A stretch of 64,000 nt of DNA, taken from assembly GCA_963664815.2 (NCBI GenBank), contig CAXXHB010000002.1, positions 672,001 to 736,000 of the forward strand. The letters run 5' to 3'. Made by a program: the position numbers and the translations under genes. Numbering within the stretch: the first letter of the stretch is position 1; each line of letters begins with the position of its first letter. Below, piece by piece: positions 52,030 through 61,252 of this stretch. Below the pieces are notes generated by a model. It ran no database searches, was not told the DNA's origin, and saw nothing but the letters and a program-made list of their open reading frames with translations. This stretch comes from Spirochaetota bacterium. Its GTDB lineage: Bacteria > Spirochaetota > UBA4802 > UBA5550.

Positions 52030-52767
52030 TTATTCAATTCCGAAGAAACCGCCTGTATCACCACCAACCCACCCATCTTTTTTACAGGCCGGGAAATACA
52101 TAATTGCGAGTTTTTTAAAGGCGTCTGATGCGCTGATATCTTTTCCCTCCCATCCTTTCGGTTCTGCTATTCTTCCATTCCAGTTCCCTTCAACTCTGAT
52201 CAGTCCCATAACATAAATTCCTCCGCCGACCGGATAGATGCTTCCGGACTCATTATGTGAATAGACTGCAATATACACACTGTTTTTAGTACCATTGTAA
52301 TGATTTATTATAGGGAGTTTTTTCTTTGTCCATTCATCAGCCTCGTGGTTTATGACACTGGATCCGTCTGTCCATACATAAATGAACGAAGGGAGAGCTT
52401 CAACATTATTGTCTGATTCCCCTGTCGGAAATTCGCTGCCGGATAACAGGGAATTAATTGATCCCGCGAAATCTTCCAGGTTATCAATGTTAAAGTAGGT
52501 CTGGTTATTAATAATCATAACCGGCATGCTGATAGATCCATCTTTATATTTTCCCGAAGTACGGATTTTAACCCACATTTTCTTGTTTGCATTTGTATCT
52601 GATGTTGAATACTCTGTATATCTGATTTTATTGCTTTTAAGATAATCAAGAATATAAGCACATCTGCCGCATCCCGGTAATGTAAAAATTGTAATCTCAC
52701 CGTTGGTATCTGCAAAAAGAACAGCTGATAATAAGATGAAAAAAGTAGATATCAGAAATTGTTTCAT
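52030..52767 (-). CDS. Exported glutaredoxin-like domain fused to an unknown C-terminal domain
   Basis: Signal peptide, FTLPGCGRC, SMPV cis-Pro motif, acidic linker and a Gly/Trp-rich C-domain ending WVGGDTGGFFGIE. Confidence 0.8.
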   Translation of the reverse strand: MKQFLISTFFILLSAVLFADTNGEITIFTLPGCGRCAYILDYLKSNKIRYTEYSTSDTNANKKMWVKIRTSGKYKDGSISMPVMIINNQTYFNIDNLEDFAGSINSLLSGSEFPTGESDNNVEALPSFIYVWTDGSSVINHEADEWTKKKLPIINHYNGTKNSVYIAVYSHNESGSIYPVGGGIYVMGLIRVEGNWNGRIAEPKGWEGKDISASDAFKKLAIMYFPACKKDGWVGGDTGGFFGIE

Positions 52768-53085
52768 ATTTTTCCTCGGAGTTGTGTAAATATTTATTTA
52801 TCAATGGTAAATTTAATTTTATAACTTTGTCAAATCAACTTCTTTTTATCTTTATCATACTTGCCATTTAGCGGTATTTTCAAACAAGCGTTTGTAGCAT
52901 TAAGGAAATTTTTGGAAGTTTTTATAAGGTTTCACACGGTATATCCTGTAAAAAAAAAGATAAAAAATCATTTTATCATAAAATATTTTAATTCAGCTCT
53001 ATTGTTTAAATACTAAAGCTTTGTAATCCATGATTCTTAAGAGTTTATAGCAAAATGTAATTTATAATAACAGCTTTATATGAAT

Positions 53086-53115
53086 AAAAAACCGGCAGAT
53101 TCAAAACTGCCGGTT
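53086..53115 (-). terminator. Intrinsic terminator after the small ORF 53175..53336
   Basis: AACCGGCAG-8 nt-CTGCCGGTT preceded by an A run on +. Confidence 0.75.
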
Positions 53116-53174
53116 CGATTCTTAAATAAAAAACCGGGAACAACGGAATAGAAAGACGTTATTCCTTACAGAAA

Positions 53175-53336
53175 TCATTTTCCATTAATAATTTTGTTTG
53201 TCAGAAAATCTGTCTGCATGGGATTAAGATCAAATTGTTTACTGGTATCCTCAATAAGTTTAAGTTTATCGGCGGTTGGAGTATCCCTGAGGATATCGCT
53301 GATATACTTTACGGCTTTTTTCATTGTATCATCCAT
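53175..53336 (-). CDS. Small 53-aa hypothetical protein, not in the ORF track
   Basis: AGGGGAAG RBS; MDDTMKKAVKYISDILRDTPTADKLKLIEDTSKQFDLNPMQTDFLTNKIINGK*; terminator downstream. Confidence 0.8.
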   Translation of the reverse strand: MDDTMKKAVKYISDILRDTPTADKLKLIEDTSKQFDLNPMQTDFLTNKIINGK

Positions 53337-53431
53337 AGCACTTCCCCTTAATTATTTCAACATATTTTATAATCAAATTAGCATCATCGTGATGTTAATG
53401 GGCTGCCTTACCAAAACAGCACGATAAATAA

Positions 53432-54316
53432 TTACAGCGCCCTCATATGTTCAGGTTTTAAAATTCTCTCATCTTTTGTCGTAATTACCTTATCAATCAT
53501 TTTCAATACCGCACTCTGTTCTTCCGGGAGGTTGGCTTTAATTGGAAGATAATTAGATGCATGGTTTGAAGTAAAATAACATTTCCTCCTTACGTTCATA
53601 TTCTTTACAATTATCTTCAGTTCTTCAAGAAGGCCGAATTTATCCGGGAGGACAAACGTACCATCCTGGTATTCTCTATAAAGCTGGGTATTTGGAAGTA
53701 TCATAACTGTAAGTGCCGATGCAAAGTCTGGAGACATTTCGCCGAGAAGCTTCCCGGTATCACGGGCATGTTCATGAGACATCTCCCTGCCGCCAATTCC
53801 AAGAAGAACTGTCTGTGAAAGTTTTATGCCGGAATCAATAACCTTTGATGCAGCCTCTTTCATTCTGTCTGGGAATGCACCTTTGCGTATTTTACGCAGA
53901 ACATCCTTATTCCCGCTCTCTATCCCCTGGTATATAACTGTGAGCCCCGCGTTTTTTAAAGCCCTGAGTTCTTCTGGGGTTTTACGGAGAATTGCCTTTG
54001 CGTTTCCATAAACATTTATAGTTTCAATAGCCGGATTTTTCTGTTTTATATAATTCATTATTCTTAATATCTCCTCAGTCGGGAGTATAAGAACATCACC
54101 GTCGGCAAGAAAAGCCTTTGTAAAATTATACCTGTAACTTGATGCTTCGTCAATATCTTTTTTAACAGTTTCCCAGTCTTTAATACGGAATCTGGATATC
54201 GGATCTTTATATGTACCGCAGAATGTACACATATTGTGTGAACACCCCACTGTTACCTGTATTATCATGCTGTAAGCCTCGGAAGGGGGTCTTATTACGT
54301 GTCCTACATAATCCAT
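53432..54316 (-). CDS. Radical SAM protein
   Basis: RPPSEA, GCSHNMCTFC, FLADGD, GIESG and SNHASNY. Confidence 0.93.
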   Translation of the reverse strand: MDYVGHVIRPPSEAYSMIIQVTVGCSHNMCTFCGTYKDPISRFRIKDWETVKKDIDEASSYRYNFTKAFLADGDVLILPTEEILRIMNYIKQKNPAIETINVYGNAKAILRKTPEELRALKNAGLTVIYQGIESGNKDVLRKIRKGAFPDRMKEAASKVIDSGIKLSQTVLLGIGGREMSHEHARDTGKLLGEMSPDFASALTVMILPNTQLYREYQDGTFVLPDKFGLLEELKIIVKNMNVRRKCYFTSNHASNYLPIKANLPEEQSAVLKMIDKVITTKDERILKPEHMRAL

Positions 54317-54385
54317 TTACTACCTCTGTAAAATTATTATAATTTTAAGAAAAGATTTATCTCTTTATGTTACCATATTTTTCAT

Positions 54386-55015
54386 TCATTTAAAATTCAC
54401 AATTTTATGAAGCTGAATATTAAGCCGAATATTCAATTTATCCTTAATAATCAGGTTTGAAAGAACCCAGGGTTCCATCAAACCTGAAGCCGGTGAAAAA
54501 TTTATAACAGATTCTACTCCTTTAAGCTTCTCTTTAATGAATGATTTTGCAAATTCATAATCCTCCATTACCGATATAACAAATTTCAGTTCATCATTTT
54601 TTTGCAGGAACTTAATATTTTCTTCATTAAATGAGTTTACTTCGCCGCTTGATGGAGTTTTTACATCTGCTATAATTCTTACATTATCAGGAATTATTGG
54701 GAATAGTATAGTTCCATTTGTTTCAACCTGGGTAGAGTATCCCTCTTCCGTAAGCCTTTGAAGGAGATAAAGTGCTCCATCCTGCAAAAGAGGTTCCCCC
54801 CCGGTAAGTGTGATGTGATGAAAAGGTTTGTTCCTGTTAACCTCTTCTATGATGTCATCAACAGTCATCTCTACTCCCCATTCTCTGGCTTTTGGAGTAT
54901 CACACCATGAGCAGTTGAGATTGCAACCGGCTAACCTTATAAAAAGTGAAGGAAATCCTGCTGAAGTCGTTTCTCCCTGAATAGAGTAGAATATTTCATG
55001 TACTTTCAGTTTCAT
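54386..55015 (-). CDS. queE: 7-carboxy-7-deazaguanine synthase (radical SAM)
   Basis: EIFYSIQGE, FIRLAGCNLNCSWCDT, TGGEP, ETNG and QLHK. Confidence 0.9.
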   Translation of the reverse strand: MKLKVHEIFYSIQGETTSAGFPSLFIRLAGCNLNCSWCDTPKAREWGVEMTVDDIIEEVNRNKPFHHITLTGGEPLLQDGALYLLQRLTEEGYSTQVETNGTILFPIIPDNVRIIADVKTPSSGEVNSFNEENIKFLQKNDELKFVISVMEDYEFAKSFIKEKLKGVESVINFSPASGLMEPWVLSNLIIKDKLNIRLNIQLHKIVNFK

Positions 55016-55339
55016 AAATTATACCTTTTTACATTATCTCATCAAAAGCTGCATATATACTACTAAATTTTATAAATTAGCATAAAAAATTTTCGGTATT
55101 AATTCTTTATTTTAAAGAAAAATATTAATTTATCAGGGCTGTTAAGAGCAGGGGGGTGGTAGTATTTATATATTAAGGGATACTACCCTGAGTTATTATA
55201 CTTGGCGTGGAATCACGGGGGAATACGCAGGCCATGTACTGCTGAAAGCTGTTTTAACAGTATCTGTTCTTTTATTTTTTATTGAAAGAATGTTTTTTAT
55301 ACCAGGAAAGATCATAAAAAAAGGCAAAAAAAGCAGTTA

Positions 55340-55370
55340 AAAAAACCTTTGAATCAATCAAAGGTTTTTT
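55340..55370. terminator. Bidirectional intrinsic terminator after htpX
   Basis: AAAAAACCTTTGA-5 nt-TCAAAGGTTTTTT. Confidence 0.8.
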
Positions 55371-55400
55371 ATTAAAAGTAAGTAGTTTAATGTCGGTCTG

Positions 55401-56279
55401 TTACATCTGCTGAAGTCTTGCGATACGGTCTTCAATTGATGGGTGTGTTGACCAGAGTGACACTCTTCTATTGGAGCTGATTTTGGCAATAGCGAATGAA
55501 TCTTTCTGAGTAGGTATCTCTGCCGCACGGGCGAGTCTTTTTAACGCATTAGCCATTGAAGATGGAGATGTTATTTTTGCAGAACCTTCATCTGCCTTAT
55601 ACTCCCTGTATCTTGAGAAAGCTGCAATTGGTATTGTCGCAAGAAGCATGAAAACCGTTTCAAGAAGATTCACAACTATTATGTATGCAAAAAATCCAAG
55701 ACCGCCATCTCCATCATCACCTCTGAGTACATTATCGATTATACCGGCAATTATTCTTGAAAGAAACATTACAAGCGCGTTTGCAATACCAGTAAGGAGC
55801 GTCATCGTAACCATGTCACCATTGGCAATGTGTGATATCTCATGACCGGCTACTGCTTCTACTTCATTTTTATCCATTGCATTGAGAAGACCGGTGGAAA
55901 AAGCTACAATGGACTTGTTTTTTGAAGGACCTGTAGCAAATGCATTAGGTTCTGCCGACTGATATACTCCAACTTCAGGGACTGACTGAAGACCTGCCTG
56001 TCTGGAGAGGCGGGCAACAATCTGATAGATTTCTCTTAGTTCATAATTCTGTTCGTTCCCATTAATTGTCTGGATATTATAGACTTTTTTTGCCATCCAC
56101 CTGCTCATTGCAAGTGAAATAAATGCACCAACCATTCCGAATACTCCGCACATCACAGCAAGACCGGTTACTCCTCTTGGGCTTATTCCGAGCATGGGCA
56201 ATGCTATATTAAGAATTATGCTCACTGTGATTATTACAAGAAAGTTTGTGAGAAGAAAAAGACCTATACGCTTTAACAT
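55401..56279 (-). CDS. htpX: Zinc metalloprotease HtpX
   Basis: PNAFATG, GHEISH (HExxH), NGDMVTMTL, FSRYREYKAD and STHP. Confidence 0.97.
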   Translation of the reverse strand: MLKRIGLFLLTNFLVIITVSIILNIALPMLGISPRGVTGLAVMCGVFGMVGAFISLAMSRWMAKKVYNIQTINGNEQNYELREIYQIVARLSRQAGLQSVPEVGVYQSAEPNAFATGPSKNKSIVAFSTGLLNAMDKNEVEAVAGHEISHIANGDMVTMTLLTGIANALVMFLSRIIAGIIDNVLRGDDGDGGLGFFAYIIVVNLLETVFMLLATIPIAAFSRYREYKADEGSAKITSPSSMANALKRLARAAEIPTQKDSFAIAKISSNRRVSLWSTHPSIEDRIARLQQM

Positions 56280-56604
56280 ATTAACCCTCTGAAAAAATTC
56301 ATATTTAATTCACAGGAGATGATTTCTCTACTCCGTGTGTTTTTCAGTTATTTATTTAAAACCTCAATAAAGTCAAGGATTATAGATAGTTTTAGTATTG
56401 AGAGTTATTATATGTTACATTCAAAATAACTTTTTTTATTATATCCTGATATTATAGTAATAATTTTAATTTGGATATAGAGTTTTATTAGAGGTTGAAG
56501 TTTCCATGTTTCCTGTTTCCAGAGATATCTGGAAACAATGGAGGGGGGAGTCATTTTTAATAAAAACCATCCCCCCTCTTTTGACTTGTCTGCTGATAAG
56601 TCTT

Positions 56605-57372
56605 CTATTGTACTTTGTTCATTTTAAGCGCCGCACCCATTGCAAGGAGTGTCTGGTTCCTGTCTTCAATATTTAATGCCTGTTCCATCCCACCCGCATC
56701 CAGGTTCATGTTTATAGCTTCTTTGGTAAGACGGAGACCCATGTGGTTTTTGCTCATCAGGATTTTTGCGTATTCCATGGCTGTTTCAATCAGTTTATCT
56801 TTTTCAACCATTTTTGATACAAGACCAAGGTTAATGGCTTCTTCCGATGACATAAACCTTCCGGTATACATAAACTCGTAGGCTCTTCCGGCTCCAATCA
56901 TCCTGGGAAGAAAGTAGCTGCATGACATATCCGCTCCTCCGAGACCGATGTTTATATATGCAGCGCAGAATTTAGCATCCGGACTGATTATCCGTATATC
57001 GGAAGCAAGAACAAAACTGAATCCCTGCCCAGCCGCAGCGCCATGAACTGCTGTAATAATCGGTTGGGGAGCTCTTCTCATATGAAGGTTTATTCTCCCA
57101 AGTCTTGCCTGAAACCTATAAAGCTCCTGGGGTCCCATTTTAGAGAGAGATTCGTCAGATTCCTTCATGTCAAGCCCTGCGCAGAAACCTTTTTCGCCGT
57201 TACCTTTAAGTATTATCACGCATGTATCAAGATCATAGAGCCTTTCACGCCAGAAATGTTCAAGTTCCTCCATCATCTGGTGATTAACTGCATTATAAAC
57301 ATCAGGTCGGTTCAGGCTGAGCTGCATAACTCCTTTCTCAATTGTTGAGCATTGTATTGTGCTGTATTCCAT
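56605..57372 (-). CDS. Enoyl-CoA hydratase/isomerase family protein
   Basis: LNRPDVYNA, FCAGLD, AVHGAAAG and LPRMIG. Real start is MEYS after an AGGAG RBS; the longer ORF overlaps the upstream gene. Confidence 0.93.
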   Translation of the reverse strand: MEYSTIQCSTIEKGVMQLSLNRPDVYNAVNHQMMEELEHFWRERLYDLDTCVIILKGNGEKGFCAGLDMKESDESLSKMGPQELYRFQARLGRINLHMRRAPQPIITAVHGAAAGQGFSFVLASDIRIISPDAKFCAAYINIGLGGADMSCSYFLPRMIGAGRAYEFMYTGRFMSSEEAINLGLVSKMVEKDKLIETAMEYAKILMSKNHMGLRLTKEAINMNLDAGGMEQALNIEDRNQTLLAMGAALKMNKVQ

Positions 57373-57397
57373 AATATGTTCTCCTTTATTTAGTTTA

Positions 57398-58363
57398 TTA
57401 TATATGGTTTCCGGCGAATTCAGTTGCCCTGGTTTCATGCCAGAATTCACCGCTGTTTCCGAAAGTGATGAAACCCACATGCCCGCCGTTTTCAGGCACT
57501 TCAAGAAAAAGTCTGTCGTTCTGCATAGCATCTTCATAAGGATAACAACGCTCGCCAAGTATCGGATCATCTTTGGCATTTATAATCAGGGTGGGGATTG
57601 CAGTATTCCTGATATATTTACCTGAACTGCACTTTTCCCAGTAATCATAAGCATCAGCAAATCCATTCAGTGGCCCTGTAAAATTATTATCAAAGTCCTT
57701 CAATGTTTTAATTGAAGAATAATTTCTTGTTATTCCGGGGGGAAGAATACCCTCTTTTTCTTTCATTTTATCAATCAGTGTTAAAAGAAATCTTTTCGAG
57801 TAGAGATAGTTTTTCTTTTTATGAAGTTCAATGGAGGATGATAATAAATCACATGGGGCGGATATCCCTATTGCGCTTTTAATCTCATGAGAAATCCTTT
57901 CCCCTCTTTCACCGGCATATTTAAGCGTGAGGTTTGCTCCCAGGCTGAATCCTACAAGTGAAATAGACTTATAGTTTCCAGTACGAATTACATAATCGAT
58001 AACGCATTGAAGATCATCCGTTCTACCGCTGTGATATGTTGCGGAAGAACGGTTAGGCACGCCGCTGCATCCCCTGAAATTGAATGAAACTCCATCCCAA
58101 CCCCGTTTGTTGAATGCCTTCATCATTCCAAGCATATATGCCCTCTCTGAATTGCCTTCAAGTCCGTGTGAAAGTATTACAATCCTGTCCGATCCATTTA
58201 CGGAGAAGTCGATATCAAGAAAATCTCCATCAGATGTTTCTATTCTTTCCCGTGAATAATTTATCCCTTTTACCTTACGCAATAGTGTAGGGATTACCGT
58301 TTGAAGGTGACTGTTTTTAAATATAAACGGGGATTTGTATGTTGATTTTTCTATTACAGGCAT
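57398..58363 (-). CDS. YheT-family alpha/beta hydrolase (paralog of 3123..4088)
   Basis: HLQT, HGLEG, GFSLG, DDP and GGH motifs; AGGAG RBS. Confidence 0.93.
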   Translation of the reverse strand: MPVIEKSTYKSPFIFKNSHLQTVIPTLLRKVKGINYSRERIETSDGDFLDIDFSVNGSDRIVILSHGLEGNSERAYMLGMMKAFNKRGWDGVSFNFRGCSGVPNRSSATYHSGRTDDLQCVIDYVIRTGNYKSISLVGFSLGANLTLKYAGERGERISHEIKSAIGISAPCDLLSSSIELHKKKNYLYSKRFLLTLIDKMKEKEGILPPGITRNYSSIKTLKDFDNNFTGPLNGFADAYDYWEKCSSGKYIRNTAIPTLIINAKDDPILGERCYPYEDAMQNDRLFLEVPENGGHVGFITFGNSGEFWHETRATEFAGNHI

Positions 58364-58492
58364 TTAAGCTCCTTGTTATATTATTTCTGTGAACAGGGAT
58401 CGGATAATCGAGTTGATTGCATTAGATGTTTAACGATCAGACTTCGTTTACCAATCCACTGTTACACATGGGGAAAAATAGATCCGGCTAGA

Positions 58493-60883
58493 CTACAGCA
58501 TCAGGGTTTTCCCCTTAGTTGCCATACTCTCTGCCATCATTTGCGTGTTCTTTGTTTTCCAGAGATCTACAAACGCCTCTCTTTCAAGTTTAAACATGTA
58601 ATCTTCAGATATGTAACTGCCTGAAGAAGCATCACCACCAGAAAGGACATATGCAATTGTTCTTGCTATATGAGCCATGTGCGGCGTTATCTGACCTGCC
58701 TTAAGCATGTCTGGCAGGTTTCCATCAATAGGTCCCATCGCAGCATTTCCCATTACTTTAACAGGAGTTTTTGCAGGTGGAACATAACCTTCATCAGCAA
58801 GTTTGAGTACTTCTTTTTTTGCTTCACCTATAATATAATCCCTGTTGAAAATAATTCTGTCCTGTTGTCTTAAAAAGCCTGCTTTTTTAGCGTCCATAGC
58901 CGACCCTCCGACTTTAGCCATTGAGATTTGCTGAAATGCATGGAGAAAGACAGGAAGCAAGTCATTAATTGGCGCAACAGGTGCTTCCATAAGCCTTCTC
59001 CAGTAGTTTACACATCCCCCACCTGCGGGAAGCAGTCCCGCTCCGATTTCAACAAGACCCATATAAAGCTCGCAGTGGGCTACAATTTTATCAGCCCATA
59101 GACATGATTCACAACCGCCGCCGAGAGCCATCCCGTATGGAGCTGCAACCATCGGGAATGCCGCATACTTCATGCTCATCATACCGGAGTGAACATTGGC
59201 GATAAAGCTGTCAATTTCACTGAATTTACCTGCTGCTGCGAGGCCAAGCATAAATTTTAAATCAGCGCCTGCACTGTATGCAGCTCCCTGGCTTCCCATT
59301 ACAAGACCCACGCCGTTTTTCAGAACATATTCGACAATCGGAGGTACCATATCAACTATTTCACCATTGGCGGCATTCATCTTTGTGTGGTATTCAAAAC
59401 AGAAAACTCCATCACCGAGGTCGATTAGTGATGCACTTTTTGTTTTAAGAACCTCTTTTGTTTTATCGGTTTTTATATTATCAAGAAATATCATCTGGGG
59501 GCTGTAGAGTATATCTTTATAGCTCTCAGAGACGAAATCCCAGTACTGTTTTTTCCCGTTCTGAACTCTGTAGAATTTATCAGCACCTTTATCGATCATT
59601 TTTTTAACTTTTAATGGAACAGCATATCCGGACCATTCAATATTGGCGATGGAATCTTTTATACCAATATTATCCCACATCTCGAAAGGACCAAATTCCC
59701 ATGCGTAACCCCATTTCATCCCGTTGTCTATCTCTACTATTGTATCGGCAATCTCGGGAATCCTGTTTGCAGAGTACGAGAACATTGCTGAAAGAATGGT
59801 TTTTGTGAATTCGTTATTATTGAAGAGATACTTCATTTTTTCGGGGGTAGAGGAGATGCTTTTAACGGCTTCAACGCTTGGATATACTGCTTTTGTGTCA
59901 TAGTCAACATGCTGAAGTGTCTTTATATCGAGAACTTTTTTAAACTTTTTACCGTCAGGCCCTTTCCCTGAAAGGTAAAACCCTCCTTTGTCTTTAGCCT
60001 TGTTTCCATACATCCCTTTTGCCATCATTTCCTTGAAGAACTTCGGAGTTTTGTATATTTCTCTTTGTTCATCATCCACGAGAAGTTCGTATGAATTATC
60101 TGCAATATGGTCGGTTGTATCAGCACCGACAAAGTCTGTTAAACCGAATATTGCAGTTCCGGGGAATCCCATAGGCTTTGAAAAAATTGCATCAGCCTCG
60201 GGAATCGATATCATCTCTTTATCTATAAGTCTTAAAGCGACGCAGATAAGAGCCATTCCTATCCTGTTCCCGATAAAATTCGGGGTATCTTTCCCCCAGA
60301 CTATCCCTTTACCGAGGATCTGTTCTCCCCATCTGGCCGTGAAGTCGCATACTTCTTTTTTAGTCTCAGGTCCGGCAATCATTTCAAGAATCTTCATATA
60401 ACGCACAGGATTAAAGAAGTGTGTAATAAGAAAATGTTCCTTAAAATCTCTGCTTCTTCCTTCTGCCATCTGGGCTATAGGGAGTCCTGATGTATTTGAA
60501 GCGATTATTGATCCAGGCTTTCTGATTTTTTCAAGCCGTGAAAAAAGATCCTGTTTAATTTTCAAATTTTCTACCACAACCTCGAAGATGATGTCGCAAT
60601 CAGAAAGCTTCTCGAAATCGTCTGTAAGATTTCCTGTTTCTATAAGTGCCAGATCGTGGCTCCTGTCCATAAAAGCTGCAGGTTTTGCTTTTATCTGAGC
60701 TTGCAGTCCGGTTTCTACTATTCTGCTCTTTGCAGTCCGGCTGTTTTTTTCTTCATCTGTAAGATTAAAGGGAGCGATGTCGAGCAGCAAAGTCTTAACA
60801 CCGGCGCTTGCACAAAGAGCAGCGATACCTCCACCCATAATTCCGGAGCCTATTACGGCTGCTTTTGCAATTCTTCTGTTCAT
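58493..60883 (-). CDS. 3-hydroxyacyl-CoA dehydrogenase / enoyl-CoA hydratase fusion (FadN-like)
   Basis: GSGIMGGGIA, EVVVENL, SNTSGLP, HFFNP and KDTPNFIGNR, followed by a crotonase domain (SAGADL, ALGGGCE, GLVEIGAGLLP). Confidence 0.96.
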   Translation of the reverse strand: MNRRIAKAAVIGSGIMGGGIAALCASAGVKTLLLDIAPFNLTDEEKNSRTAKSRIVETGLQAQIKAKPAAFMDRSHDLALIETGNLTDDFEKLSDCDIIFEVVVENLKIKQDLFSRLEKIRKPGSIIASNTSGLPIAQMAEGRSRDFKEHFLITHFFNPVRYMKILEMIAGPETKKEVCDFTARWGEQILGKGIVWGKDTPNFIGNRIGMALICVALRLIDKEMISIPEADAIFSKPMGFPGTAIFGLTDFVGADTTDHIADNSYELLVDDEQREIYKTPKFFKEMMAKGMYGNKAKDKGGFYLSGKGPDGKKFKKVLDIKTLQHVDYDTKAVYPSVEAVKSISSTPEKMKYLFNNNEFTKTILSAMFSYSANRIPEIADTIVEIDNGMKWGYAWEFGPFEMWDNIGIKDSIANIEWSGYAVPLKVKKMIDKGADKFYRVQNGKKQYWDFVSESYKDILYSPQMIFLDNIKTDKTKEVLKTKSASLIDLGDGVFCFEYHTKMNAANGEIVDMVPPIVEYVLKNGVGLVMGSQGAAYSAGADLKFMLGLAAAGKFSEIDSFIANVHSGMMSMKYAAFPMVAAPYGMALGGGCESCLWADKIVAHCELYMGLVEIGAGLLPAGGGCVNYWRRLMEAPVAPINDLLPVFLHAFQQISMAKVGGSAMDAKKAGFLRQQDRIIFNRDYIIGEAKKEVLKLADEGYVPPAKTPVKVMGNAAMGPIDGNLPDMLKAGQITPHMAHIARTIAYVLSGGDASSGSYISEDYMFKLEREAFVDLWKTKNTQMMAESMATKGKTLML

Positions 60884-61022
60884 AGATCCTCCTGTGAAAG
60901 TCTTTATTTAAGTTGATAAATTCAGCTTATCACTTTAAAATTTTGTAACGCATTTTAAGCGTTATTGTAAATTTCAAATAAACTTTAAGTGCAGGTCTGA
61001 TTTACTCAGAGAACAATAAATT

Positions 61023-61040
61023 TAATTGAACATTCAGTTA
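61023..61040. promoter_or_regulatory. Putative TetR/FadR-type operator, copy 3
   Basis: TAATTGA-ACAT-TCAGTTA, just downstream of a minus-strand TTGACA (61067-61062) pointing at the FadN-like gene. Confidence 0.6.
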
Positions 61041-61194
61041 ATTAAATTTATTGTATGGTTTTGTCAACATTTTTTCCGGCAGAATATGCCCACCCGCCTC
61101 AACACTAACCGTTATAATTCATAAAATTTAAACTTCAGATTCTGCAGAAAAAGAGAAATAAAAAAATAATGAAAAAAAACATTGACAGATAATT

Positions 61195-61212
61195 TTATTG
61201 AATGCCCAGTCA
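61195..61212. promoter_or_regulatory. Putative TetR/FadR-type operator, copy 4
   Basis: TTATTGA-ATGC-CCAGTCA overlapping the spacer and -10 region after TTGACA (61182-61187) of the acyl-CoA dehydrogenase gene. Confidence 0.5.
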
Positions 61213-61252
61213 ATAAGATTCGGTAGTGAAAAATCATGTAGGGAGATAGTAT

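Noticed and set aside
55160-55189. Minus-strand AGGG-TAGTAT-CCCT plus A-rich tail upstream of queE as a preQ1-I riboswitch
   Set aside because: The loop is too short and lacks the conserved ligand-binding nucleotides; G-U pairs favour the + strand fold.
57373-57579. N-terminal extensions in the ORF track (crotonase; also 19444..19545, 50778..50831 and 6961..6990)
   Set aside because: Downstream ATGs have clear RBSs and match family starts; the extensions overlap other genes or promoters.
61091-61103. CGCCTCAA matching the tRNA-Lys 3' end as a possible att site
   Set aside because: The match is only 8 bp, the intervening genes are housekeeping, and there is no integrase.
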